Origin: an uncultured Clostridium sp.
Lineage (GTDB): Bacteria; Bacillota; Clostridia; TANB77; CAG-508
Assembly: GCA_900554175.1 (NCBI GenBank)
Contig: USGK01000004.1
Span: 1,957 to 65,956, forward strand
Direction of reading: 5' to 3'
DNA: 64,000 bases
The translations under genes were made by a program, and so were the position numbers. Shown in pieces: positions 1 to 9,009 of this stretch (positions within the stretch are counted from its first letter, which is position 1; each line of letters starts with the position of its first letter). The notes beneath the pieces were generated by a model. That model was not told the origin of the DNA and made no database searches. It saw only the letters and a list, made by a program, of their open reading frames with translations.

Positions 1-123
1 AAATTGCATATAAAAAATATCCATACGATTAAAAATATCATATAATTTCGATTTCTTCAACTTATTAATCTCTTTTAATATATCAACTTCAACTTTACTA
101 ATTTTTATGTTATCATTATCCAT
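1..123 (-). CDS. hypothetical protein, 5' part only (gene runs off the left edge)
   Basis: ATG at 121-123 (minus), 17 nt after the stop of the 141..503 gene. Reads MDNDNIKISKVEVDILKEINKLKKSKLYDIF... No motif recognised. Confidence 0.3.
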   Translation of the reverse strand, partial: MDNDNIKISKVEVDILKEINKLKKSKLYDIFNRMDIFYMQF

Positions 124-140
124 TTTTCACCATAATTACA

Positions 141-503
141 CTAACTTTCATTAATTAAATTAATACAATAATTCGGATTGTTCATGTCTTCTATTTGATA
201 TTGTATTGCTTTTTGATTACATATTCTAATTATTGCAATTTTAATTAAATAATTTCTTATATTCTCTACGTTTGAAATGCTTCTATTATTAATTTCATTA
301 TTTCTAATTTGTAATGTCATATTATTAATTTTACTTATTTCTTGACTATAATGTTTATATAAAAATTCTATATAGCCAATATCTTCTTGGCAACTTCCAA
401 ACCCATAAGTACATACTCTTTGTAAATCTACTTTAATTTCATCTATTTCTCCACTACTCTTATGTTGTAAAATCTTTAATATTAAATCTTCCACACTATA
501 CAT
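141..503 (-). CDS. hypothetical protein (120 aa)
   Basis: ORF 16 nt downstream of the ATPase gene on the same strand. No recognisable motif. Confidence 0.45.
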   Translation of the reverse strand: MYSVEDLILKILQHKSSGEIDEIKVDLQRVCTYGFGSCQEDIGYIEFLYKHYSQEISKINNMTLQIRNNEINNRSISNVENIRNYLIKIAIIRICNQKAIQYQIEDMNNPNYCINLINES

Positions 504-519
504 TTATCATTTCTCCTTA

Positions 520-1800
520 CTAATGTTTCAAAGCAGTAATTGGAACTACATATACTCCATCTGGTCTTTGATAAGCAGCATTTGTTAGTCCACAAATCAC
601 ACACAAAACTGATGGTGCTTTTCCATTTTCATCTTCAATTTGTTTCTTTAAATTTAATAATTCATTTGCTGCTTTTTCAATTTGATTTGCTCCAAGTTTA
701 ATTTCAAATGCACACCACTGCCCATTTTCTAACTCTATAACACTATCAATTTCTTTATCTTGGTAATCTTGATAATGATAACATTTGGCATTAAAACTAT
801 CAGCATAAACTTTTAAATCTCTTTCTACCATTGCTTCGAATAAAAATCCAAATGTCTCTAAATCATTTATAAGTTTATTTTCTTCTTTAATATTTAATAA
901 AGAACATGCAATAGATGGATCTGCAAAATGCCTTTTTTCAGATTGTTTTACTCTTACAGAAGAACGAACGTTAGTTGAAAATGGCTCATCATTATCTAGT
1001 AAGAATAATCTATCTAATGCATTTAAATATGATGCTAATGTATCAATATCAATATCCTCATTATCTTTTTCGTTAATATCTTTCTTCAATGTCATATTCG
1101 ATACTGTTGTACTTTCGTTTCTTGCTAAGGATTTCAATAAAAGCTTAACTTTATGCTTATCTCTATTTATTCCATCTAGTCTATATAAATCATCATCAAC
1201 TATTAAATTAATATATTCTTCTATCGCTTCACTTGCATCTTTTGCAGAATAGTCTAAATTTGCTGGCCAGCCTCCTCTAATTATTAATCTTGCTAAATTT
1301 CTTAAATCTACTTCTCCAGTTGCTTTTCCTTTAAACTTATTATTACATAAATCTTCTAATGATATATCTCCTGTAGAATCTCCTGACTCATATAAACTCA
1401 TTGTTCTTAAATGTATTTTTCCATATCTTCCAGCACCGCTATGAGCTATTCCTTTCCTATTAGGAGTAGAAGAACCTGTTAAAATATATTGGCCTTTTAA
1501 ACCTGTTTTATCAACATCGATTCTAATTTCATCCCATAGATTTGTTGCTTCTTGCCATTCATCAATTAGTCTTGGTTTTTCTCCTTCCAAAACAATAGCT
1601 GGTGACATTTTTGCCAGTTCAACATTGTTTGATTGTTCTCCAGTAGTTTTATGCAATAAAATTTCACTATTAGAATGATACCTTCCAGCCCATGTTTTAC
1701 CACAATACTTTGGTCCTTCAATACTAATTGCACCAAATATTTTTAAATAGTGTTCTATTTTCTTATCAGCTATTCTCTTTCTATAATTCTCTATTTTCAT
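520..1800 (-). CDS. AAA+ ATPase of the COG1373 / DUF4143-type architecture
   Basis: 426 aa with N-terminal Walker A GPKYCGKT. The overall layout resembles the widespread ATPase+DUF4143 family, recognised from memory and not searched. Confidence 0.7.
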   Translation of the reverse strand: MKIENYRKRIADKKIEHYLKIFGAISIEGPKYCGKTWAGRYHSNSEILLHKTTGEQSNNVELAKMSPAIVLEGEKPRLIDEWQEATNLWDEIRIDVDKTGLKGQYILTGSSTPNRKGIAHSGAGRYGKIHLRTMSLYESGDSTGDISLEDLCNNKFKGKATGEVDLRNLARLIIRGGWPANLDYSAKDASEAIEEYINLIVDDDLYRLDGINRDKHKVKLLLKSLARNESTTVSNMTLKKDINEKDNEDIDIDTLASYLNALDRLFLLDNDEPFSTNVRSSVRVKQSEKRHFADPSIACSLLNIKEENKLINDLETFGFLFEAMVERDLKVYADSFNAKCYHYQDYQDKEIDSVIELENGQWCAFEIKLGANQIEKAANELLNLKKQIEDENGKAPSVLCVICGLTNAAYQRPDGVYVVPITALKH

Positions 1801-1838
1801 AGATAATCACCTCTTAAATATTAGCATTTCATAAATAT

Positions 1839-1867
1839 ATTTTACATCAATCCGTGATATTTGTCAA
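1839..1867 (-). promoter_or_regulatory. sigma-A-like promoter for the ATPase gene
   Basis: On the minus strand: TTGACA (rc of 1862-1867), 17-nt spacer, TAAAAT (rc of 1839-1844), about 40 nt upstream of the ATG at 1800. Confidence 0.5.
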
Positions 1868-1940
1868 TTTTAATCCGTGGCATTTTTTAATTTTGTTCCG
1901 TGTTTTTTTAATATTTTGTTCCGTGATTTTTATCTGTATA
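1849..1940. repeat. four tandem 23-bp direct repeats (core TCCGTG, CACGGA on the gene strand)
   Basis: TCCGTG starts at 1851, 1874, 1897 and 1920, an exact 23-bp period. The units are aatccgtgatatttgtcaatttt / aatccgtggcattttttaatttt / gttccgtgtttttttaatatttt / gttccgtgatttttatctgtata. The array overlaps the promoter above. Confidence 0.85.
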
Positions 1941-1948
1941 ATATTCTC

Positions 1949-2716
1949 TTATTCAAATATACTTTTAAATTCTAATGGAACGATATCTTCATACAATAAA
2001 ACAAATTGGTCATTTACCTGTCTATTATCATGATAATGTCCAAAATACCACTTTTTAAATTTACATTTCTCCATAATCTTTTGAAAATAGTCTGTTAAAT
2101 AATCTTTCTTATATTTTCCTGCTCCTAATATCGTTTGAATACTTGTAGGACAACAATGAGAAATTACATAGTCAACTTTATAATTCACTTTTTCTAAATT
2201 ATTTATACCATTTTGCATTTCTTCTTTAGTTGGTAATTCCAAATCCCACCATGAAAAATCTCTTATTCTAAAATATGCTTCTCTTTTTCGATATTTATAT
2301 ATTCTTTCTTCTTCGTCCAAATTTAATATTCCGTCTTGAATATCATGTGATTTAGCTCCCCCAAATGCAAAGAATTTTTTGCTATCAATATCAAAAATTT
2401 CTCCACGCATTAAATGTAAAATTGAATCTCTTATTTTATGTACTTTTCCTCCATGCCATTCTTCTACTGGATAATCATTATATAATCTTGTAAAGTTTTC
2501 ATGATTTCCATCTACAAATAAGGTGGTAAAATTCTTATTATTCAACCAGTCTAAAGCTTCTTTTTCTCTGCTACTTTCTTCTTCAAATGTCCATACTCCA
2601 CCAAAATCACCACATATTATTATATAGTCATTCTTTGTCATTTCAGCTTGTATGGGAAATTGGTCATCAGCTAATCTTGTGAAATCTGAATGGGTGTCTC
2701 CTGTTATATAAATCAT
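1949..2716 (-). CDS. metallophosphoesterase (calcineurin-like)
   Basis: Ordered motifs GDTHSD, GDFGG, GNHEN, SHCCP, GHYH. Confidence 0.85.
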   Translation of the reverse strand: MIYITGDTHSDFTRLADDQFPIQAEMTKNDYIIICGDFGGVWTFEEESSREKEALDWLNNKNFTTLFVDGNHENFTRLYNDYPVEEWHGGKVHKIRDSILHLMRGEIFDIDSKKFFAFGGAKSHDIQDGILNLDEEERIYKYRKREAYFRIRDFSWWDLELPTKEEMQNGINNLEKVNYKVDYVISHCCPTSIQTILGAGKYKKDYLTDYFQKIMEKCKFKKWYFGHYHDNRQVNDQFVLLYEDIVPLEFKSIFE

Positions 2717-2730
2717 GCTTACCTCCTCTA

Positions 2731-3819
2731 TTATTTCTTTTCTTTCACCTTTTTCAATAATTCTTTTAAGCTAATTGGTTTAAAACCAATTACATCTACT
2801 GAAACATTAATATGTAATTTTTCAGAATATAAATCTTCTGGATATTCCATTTCATTTGTTTCAGGATTTATTTTATGTAATGGATTATTATGAATATGTC
2901 CATGAACATTCACATATCCTTTAGGTATTTCTGTATCTTTTAAAGGCTTATGAGATAATATTAATTTTTCATTATTTAATTTTAATGGATTCTCAGGTAT
3001 AAATCCAAATCCTACATTTCTGAAAAATTCTTTAGATTTTTTATCATGATTTCCTCTTATTAAAAACTTTTTACCTTTTAATTTTGGTATTAATTCTTTC
3101 ATATCACTTTCGCTTGTTAATGCTACATCTCCTAAATGGAAAACTGTATCAAAGTCGGTAACTGTATTATTCCAATTTTCAATCAAAACTCTATTCATTT
3201 CTTCTACATCTTTAAATGGTCTATTGCAATATTTAATAATATTTTTATGATTGAAATGTGTATCTGATATAAAATATGTTTTTGCATTTTTTAATCCCTT
3301 ATAATATTCAAATATATCTGTGATTTCTTTTCCTCCAAAATACCTTTTATAATCATCTTTTTCGTTTTCTTTCCACCACTCAAATTTTTCTTTAATTTTA
3401 TTTCTTATTTCTCTAGTGTCTATATCCGAATTTTCCTCAATTGCAAATAAAACATCTATGTTATCACTTCCACAAATTATAAAATCATAATTTCTTATTT
3501 CATCATATCCATATTTATCTTTTACTTTTTCTATTTTTTTATCATAAGAAATGTATAAATAATCATCTTTAAATAAATGATTTTCTTTAATATATGTATA
3601 ATATAAATCTTTTACACCTGAAGTTTTTACAAATCCTGTCATATACCATATTGTTCTGCTTCGGATCTCTGTATAATCTTTTGGTAAATCTTCTTTTTTA
3701 ATTTTAGTATGATATCTTCCTTTTGAATATAGAAATTCGTTTTCAGTATCAAGTGTATTTCTCCAATTCTTTCTATCAAATTTACCTTTTGTATACCAAT
3801 TAGATTTTATTCTTGCCAT
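2731..3819 (-). CDS. two-domain protein: unknown N-terminal ~190 aa plus C-terminal metallophosphoesterase
   Basis: The C-terminal half carries SDTHFNH, LGD, GNHD and HGHIH. The N-terminal half has no recognisable motif. It lies 14 nt upstream of the next phosphoesterase gene. Confidence 0.8.
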   Translation of the reverse strand: MARIKSNWYTKGKFDRKNWRNTLDTENEFLYSKGRYHTKIKKEDLPKDYTEIRSRTIWYMTGFVKTSGVKDLYYTYIKENHLFKDDYLYISYDKKIEKVKDKYGYDEIRNYDFIICGSDNIDVLFAIEENSDIDTREIRNKIKEKFEWWKENEKDDYKRYFGGKEITDIFEYYKGLKNAKTYFISDTHFNHKNIIKYCNRPFKDVEEMNRVLIENWNNTVTDFDTVFHLGDVALTSESDMKELIPKLKGKKFLIRGNHDKKSKEFFRNVGFGFIPENPLKLNNEKLILSHKPLKDTEIPKGYVNVHGHIHNNPLHKINPETNEMEYPEDLYSEKLHINVSVDVIGFKPISLKELLKKVKEKK

Positions 3820-3926
3820 ATCATTCTTCCCCCTTCGGATTATTTATGTTTGTTTTTCGATATTATTATGTTTATTTTTTGAACATTGTATTGTAAAATA
3901 TTAGGCAGATTTCTCTGCCTTAAATA

Positions 3927-4238
3927 TTATTTTTCTTCTAACTTCCTTTTAAATTCAATAAATTCTAACACTTCTTTTTGTGATTTATTAGATAATTCAT
4001 CAAATGTTCTTGAAAACTTTGCAATTCTTTTTTCTCTATCCTCCCCTGTATATAATTCTTCCATAGATAATCCATATATCTTTGAAAAGAAATATAATTC
4101 CTCTGCTGTAATTTTTCTTGTTCCATTTTCAATATTTGTTATAACCAAACGTCTTACTCCTAGCATTCCAGCTAATTCTTCTTGTGTAAACCTTGTTTTT
4201 TCTCTTATTTTTTTTAATCTTCTACCTAAATTTTCCAT
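3927..4238 (-). CDS. XRE-family HTH transcriptional regulator
   Basis: N-terminal LKKIREKTRFTQEELAGMLGVRRLVITNIENGTRKITAEEL is a typical Cro/C1 HTH. Confidence 0.85.
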   Translation of the reverse strand: MENLGRRLKKIREKTRFTQEELAGMLGVRRLVITNIENGTRKITAEELYFFSKIYGLSMEELYTGEDREKRIAKFSRTFDELSNKSQKEVLEFIEFKRKLEEK

Positions 4239-4353
4239 AATTATTATCCTTTATTTGATATTAATAATTTATCATATAAAGTTCGATTTTGCAACATTGA
4301 TATTTTATTTTCAAACATTTTTATTTTGTCTTATTAACTTTTATTTTTATGTA

Positions 4354-5385
4354 TCAATGTACACACTCTTTTGCATTAATATCAAAAATTCTACACCCGC
4401 CATGACAAATATTAAAATAATTACATTTATTGCAATTATTATTATTTATCTTTTCTCTAATTACTCTAAATTCTTTACCGTCTCTCCAAACATCTTCAAT
4501 ATTCCTTTTATGTAGATCTTCCCCTTTAATTTTATTAATCATAAAAGAACATGGATACATCTTCATTTCCTCTGAAATAAATGCTGAAAATCTGCCTGCT
4601 TCACAAAAATCTACACTTTCTACATTTAAATCATTAATTTCTTTTACTAAGAAAGAAATTGCACAACTATCAAATCCTACTTTAAAAGGTAATGTTTTAT
4701 GATTTATTATATGAAAAAAATCACTTAATTTTTCAGTATTTTTTAAATTATATATATCATATTCTTTTTGTGGTTTATAATTCAGAAAAATTATTGCATT
4801 AATACCTTCAATTTCTTGTGGTAATTCATCTAATATTTTAATAGCTTTATCAATAGTTTTAGAGTTCAATATAAAATGTATATTTGTTTTTATTTTATTA
4901 TTAATAAGTTTCCTTATAGCTTTGAATGATTCCGTATATGGTTCATATAAACTTACTGCAACAGCACCACAAAATTCTTGACTTGCTTTTAGTACTTCTT
5001 CTGTTAACCCTCTTCCATTTGTTGTATATGATGGAATAATTCCAAACTCACGAGTTATTTTTACTAATTCTATAAAATTAGGATGTTGATTAGGATTTCC
5101 TCCTCCAAGAGCTACTTGCATAACTCCTAAGTCGCTTGCCTGTTTTATAATATTTTTATAATTCTCTATACTCATATGCTTGCCATTTACATTTGATTTT
5201 CTATAGCAAAAATCGCAGTTGTTTTCGCAATAATTTGTTATAGATATATCAAGCAATTCTGGACCTTCTAATCTCATAAATGGATCTATTCCATCATATC
5301 CATTTCTCATCATAAAACCATTTTTCTTATTAAAGATACAATAATATTTACTTTTCTTATTATTCTTTATTATATATCTGTTCAT
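4354..5385 (-). CDS. radical SAM enzyme with C-terminal SPASM/twitch-like Cys cluster
   Basis: CX3CX2C (ITNYCENNCDFCY) near residue 50, plus a C-terminal Cys-rich CNKCNYFNICHGGC. Confidence 0.85.
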   Translation of the reverse strand: MNRYIIKNNKKSKYYCIFNKKNGFMMRNGYDGIDPFMRLEGPELLDISITNYCENNCDFCYRKSNVNGKHMSIENYKNIIKQASDLGVMQVALGGGNPNQHPNFIELVKITREFGIIPSYTTNGRGLTEEVLKASQEFCGAVAVSLYEPYTESFKAIRKLINNKIKTNIHFILNSKTIDKAIKILDELPQEIEGINAIIFLNYKPQKEYDIYNLKNTEKLSDFFHIINHKTLPFKVGFDSCAISFLVKEINDLNVESVDFCEAGRFSAFISEEMKMYPCSFMINKIKGEDLHKRNIEDVWRDGKEFRVIREKINNNNCNKCNYFNICHGGCRIFDINAKECVH

Positions 5386-5802
5386 TAAATTTCACCTATT
5401 TCTCCATTCAGATAAAAATCATCTTCTACTATTAAAAAACTTTCCATACTAAAAAAAGCTTCTGTTTCTGTTCCTCCATTATCTGTACTCAAATTTCCCC
5501 AATATACATGATGTCCGTTTTTTTATATGTTCTTCTACTTTTTTTATTGTATCTTCCTCAAAATGTTCACTTTCTAAAAATTCTCTAATACTTTTTCCTT
5601 TTCCATATCTTTTAACATACTCAACTAAGTCTTCTTTAGCTTCATCTATAGCTTTAAATAATTCATCAAATATAAAATTTAATTTTGAATTACCTTGCAC
5701 CCCTATTTTATTCATAAATAACTTCTTTGAAAGTTCATCTTTAGATGCCAGTATAAAAGATGTTGAAGAACTATTAGTTACAAAATCTGTTTTTATTTTC
5801 AT
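5385..5802 (-). CDS. hypothetical protein, 107 aa in the zero frame, 138 aa if a +1 shift occurs at in-frame CGG (rc of 5515-5517)
   Basis: N-terminus MKIKTDFVTNSSSTSFI. Skipping the C of CGG continues as GHHVYWGNLSTDNGGTETEAFFSMESFLIVEDDFYLNGEIGEI. That reading ends at a TAA (5385-5387) overlapping the radical-SAM ATG (TAATG). Confidence 0.5.
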
Positions 5803-6212
5803 TTATCTAACCTCGCTATCAATATATTAAAATTCTTTATTAAATTTTCGTCATACTTAAAATAATAAGAAATGTTATAACTATTACTGTCTATATTCAA
5901 TTTGTATAAACTATAATCTTCATTACAATGTTTTATTAATCTCTTTATCTCATTATTATTTAACAACTCTTTATTATATAAATATTTTTCAAAACTTTCA
6001 TATTCCTGCATATAATACTTTGTATACATTTCTTTCATATCAACATAACCTGTAAATACACAATTATAAATTTTCTTTAAATATTTTTCTGCAAATGAAT
6101 TTTCTCTTACTTTAGATAATTTTAAAAATCTTTCTAAATATGTATTAAAATCAATATTATTAGGAGCTATACAATAAAAATCTTCACCAATTTTAATAAT
6201 CTTCATTGCCAT
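5799..6212 (-). CDS. hypothetical protein (137 aa, Tyr/Asn-rich)
   Basis: Its start overlaps the end of the protease-NTPase gene by 20 nt. Its stop overlaps the next start (ATGA). No motif recognised. Confidence 0.55.
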   Translation of the reverse strand: MAMKIIKIGEDFYCIAPNNIDFNTYLERFLKLSKVRENSFAEKYLKKIYNCVFTGYVDMKEMYTKYYMQEYESFEKYLYNKELLNNNEIKRLIKHCNEDYSLYKLNIDSNSYNISYYFKYDENLIKNFNILIARLDK

Positions 6213-8997
6213 CCTCCTTTTTCTTTAAATATTTTAATAATTCTTCTGAAATAGTATTTTTTTCTATTTTTGTATTGTTTTTATTATAAATCATTTGTAT
6301 TTTATCTTTAATCTCTTTCTTTTGTATTATATTTCTAGAAATTATATGATTCACAATATCCTTTATATTTTTATTAACTTCTTCTGGTACATTATTATTC
6401 ATCTCATCTAACGTTTCAATTGCCATATCTGGTAAATATTTTATATAAAGTTCCCAAAATTCATCTGTCTTCCATCTAATCACATTATATAAATAAATAG
6501 TTATCTTAAATAATTCTTTATAAATTCTCGAATTTTTTCTTCTCAGTGTGGATTTTAAGTTTTCAATCATTTTGTCATATGGCCATATTGCCTTAATGCC
6601 ATAACTATAATAATTATTAGAAAAATCTGGTTGAAATTTTGTTCTTATAAAGCTCTGGTATTTTTCATAATCTTTTTTACAAAATGAATCCATTATATTA
6701 TATAAATTTTTTATATTTAATTTTTTAAAATAAGAGATATCATATCTAAAAATTAAATCTAATATGATTTCATCCCTATTTTCACCATCATTTAAAAATT
6801 CATTTTTTATTATTCCAATATCTTCATCACTTATCTTTTCGTCAACTAAGTTAAATATATTATCCCAATAAACTATATTATAATCATCACTTGTTTTTAA
6901 TATTTCAACTAAGTCTTCACTATACATTCTTCCGATAAAGAACAAATAACCATATACACCTTCTTTAATGCTAACATTGGACTTTTTATTTAAATCTTTG
7001 ATAAATTTTTCTATCTGCTCTTTGTTAAACTTTCTTGCTATATACTTAGCCATATAAAAATCCCTAAATTCATCAAATGTGAAACTAATAACCGTTTTCT
7101 GTTCATTCAAAAAACCTTCTTTTATGATTATATCATCTTTTAAAACAACATCATTTAATATTAATTCATGCACTAATTCCAACTCTTCACTATTTAGAAT
7201 ATCTATAGGTATATTATAATACTGGCAATTATTAATCATATAATCTATTATTTTATCCAAAACATTAATATATAATTTTCCTGCTCCAAATTTTTTATTA
7301 TCATATTCCTCTATTTTCTTATCAATATACATTTGAAATGTATTGTACTTATAGATATCATACATATATAGCTGTTTTTTTCCTCTATTAGCTTCGCAAA
7401 AAAATCTTAACAGCAATGTGTCTCTAGATAATCTATCAAAAATATTTTTAGATAAGCTATACTTTCTTATTGTTATATCAAAAAAATTCAAATATCCCCA
7501 AAATATTCTGTCTTGAAAGACTTGGTTATAATTAAACATTTTAACTCTTTTAAAATACTTAGAATATATTCCTGTATCTATATTTTTAAATTTTTCATCA
7601 TAAAATTCACCTCTTGTTGTCATAATAACCTTTATAAAATTAAATCCATCAATTCTTTCTAAAAATCGCCTTACTACATTAGAAAAATCATCAAATTTAT
7701 TGTTTTCATTTAAACCATCTATTACTATTACAAATGGTTTAAATGTTTTTTCATATTCCTGTTTTAGCATATCTAAAATATATTCTATATTTTTATTATT
7801 TAAAAAACTAATAATTTTATCGCATACAAATTCATATAAATCTTTATCTACTTCATAAGCATTTATGTATAATACATAAAAATTCTTTTTTAATAAAAAA
7901 TTTTTTGTAAAGTCACAAATAAAATTAGTTTTACCTTGTCCTGCTCCATTTGTAAGAATCAAATATCTGTACCTTATATATTCTATATTTTCTTGAATAT
8001 CACTAAAATCAAATTGTAAAGCTCTATTGTAATAATCTCTTGTTTCTCTATCATAAAGATCCAATCCACTCTCTAATAGCTCTTTCATTTGATTTTTATC
8101 TTCGATAAGTTTTCTAGCTTTTTTAAGATCTTCTGATAATTCTTCTGAAGCCTTTAATAGTTCTTCATCATTTTCTATTTTATCTGTAATTCTAAAATTA
8201 ATAGTATCGCTAAAATTTTTCTTTAAAAACTCATTAACATCCTTATAATTCAATGATTGTATTTCATCTATTGCTTTATTTATAAACAATTTTGGCTCTG
8301 AAAAAAATCTCATATATTCTTTAAAATTATTTTGCTCTACAAATATTTCTGGAATATATTTACCACTTTTTATATTCTTTTGTATTTGTTGCTTTGTATA
8401 TATATCCATTTTTTGTTTAAAACTTTTTTTTATTCTATTAGATTCAATATATCTTTCATTAATGTATTGTACAAATGACGATACACTAGATACTTTAATT
8501 TCACTTGCCCTATCTGCTGAAATTCTTTGTTCTTGTACAATTCCTATTATCATTTCATCTACAATTACTGGTGAACCTGACAAACCTTTGTAGTTTATTG
8601 CTTGTCCAACACTTATATTAGATGCCTGCATATCAGAAATTCTTTCTTCTTCAATTATACTATGAGTTCCTATACCTTTAATATAATGCATTATCTGTTC
8701 TTTAGTTATATATCCATATATTTCCCATTTATCATCTTCATTTGGAGTATAATCTTGAGTCAATAAATGATTAATGTTCTCATTAACTGGCCTTTCTAGT
8801 TTTAAAAGTCCTATAATTTCATTGTCGTTATTTGGATATTCTTTAGCTTTCAAAATGTCCCCATTATGTAATTCAATTTTATATTCTTCTTGATGCATTA
8901 AATGACTTGCTGTTAATATTAAATCATTATCTATTAAAATCCCTGTTCCTACATCACTGGTTCCAATTATTTTTACTATATACTTAGGAAATTCCAT
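6193..8997 (-). CDS. trypsin-like serine protease fused to a NACHT/STAND-type P-loop NTPase with a long helical C-terminal region
   Basis: The N-terminus has S1-like catalytic contexts TASHL (His) and GLSGSPV (Ser). The centre has Walker A GAGQGKT and a NACHT-like Walker B FVIVIDGLNE. About 450 aa of helical tail follow. Confidence 0.8.
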   Translation of the reverse strand: MEFPKYIVKIIGTSDVGTGILIDNDLILTASHLMHQEEYKIELHNGDILKAKEYPNNDNEIIGLLKLERPVNENINHLLTQDYTPNEDDKWEIYGYITKEQIMHYIKGIGTHSIIEEERISDMQASNISVGQAINYKGLSGSPVIVDEMIIGIVQEQRISADRASEIKVSSVSSFVQYINERYIESNRIKKSFKQKMDIYTKQQIQKNIKSGKYIPEIFVEQNNFKEYMRFFSEPKLFINKAIDEIQSLNYKDVNEFLKKNFSDTINFRITDKIENDEELLKASEELSEDLKKARKLIEDKNQMKELLESGLDLYDRETRDYYNRALQFDFSDIQENIEYIRYRYLILTNGAGQGKTNFICDFTKNFLLKKNFYVLYINAYEVDKDLYEFVCDKIISFLNNKNIEYILDMLKQEYEKTFKPFVIVIDGLNENNKFDDFSNVVRRFLERIDGFNFIKVIMTTRGEFYDEKFKNIDTGIYSKYFKRVKMFNYNQVFQDRIFWGYLNFFDITIRKYSLSKNIFDRLSRDTLLLRFFCEANRGKKQLYMYDIYKYNTFQMYIDKKIEEYDNKKFGAGKLYINVLDKIIDYMINNCQYYNIPIDILNSEELELVHELILNDVVLKDDIIIKEGFLNEQKTVISFTFDEFRDFYMAKYIARKFNKEQIEKFIKDLNKKSNVSIKEGVYGYLFFIGRMYSEDLVEILKTSDDYNIVYWDNIFNLVDEKISDEDIGIIKNEFLNDGENRDEIILDLIFRYDISYFKKLNIKNLYNIMDSFCKKDYEKYQSFIRTKFQPDFSNNYYSYGIKAIWPYDKMIENLKSTLRRKNSRIYKELFKITIYLYNVIRWKTDEFWELYIKYLPDMAIETLDEMNNNVPEEVNKNIKDIVNHIISRNIIQKKEIKDKIQMIYNKNNTKIEKNTISEELLKYLKKKEDGNEDY

Positions 8998-9009
8998 ACA
9001 TTTCTCCTT

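Noticed and set aside
1849-1940. The possibility that the 23-bp repeats are a mini CRISPR array.
   Set aside because: The units are contiguous with no unique spacers, there are only four copies, no cas genes are present, and the array overlaps a promoter. It looks like an operator or iteron array instead.
3886-4515. 209-aa plus-strand ORF overlapping the XRE and radical-SAM genes. Similar cases are 18098..18481, 25172..25513, 35427..35795, 40388..40771, 49206..49553, 52768..53256 and 59785..60171.
   Set aside because: These are low-complexity Phe/Ile/Leu/Ser-rich translations antisense to genes with clear catalytic motifs. They are typical shadow ORFs of AT-rich DNA, with no RBS or motif support.
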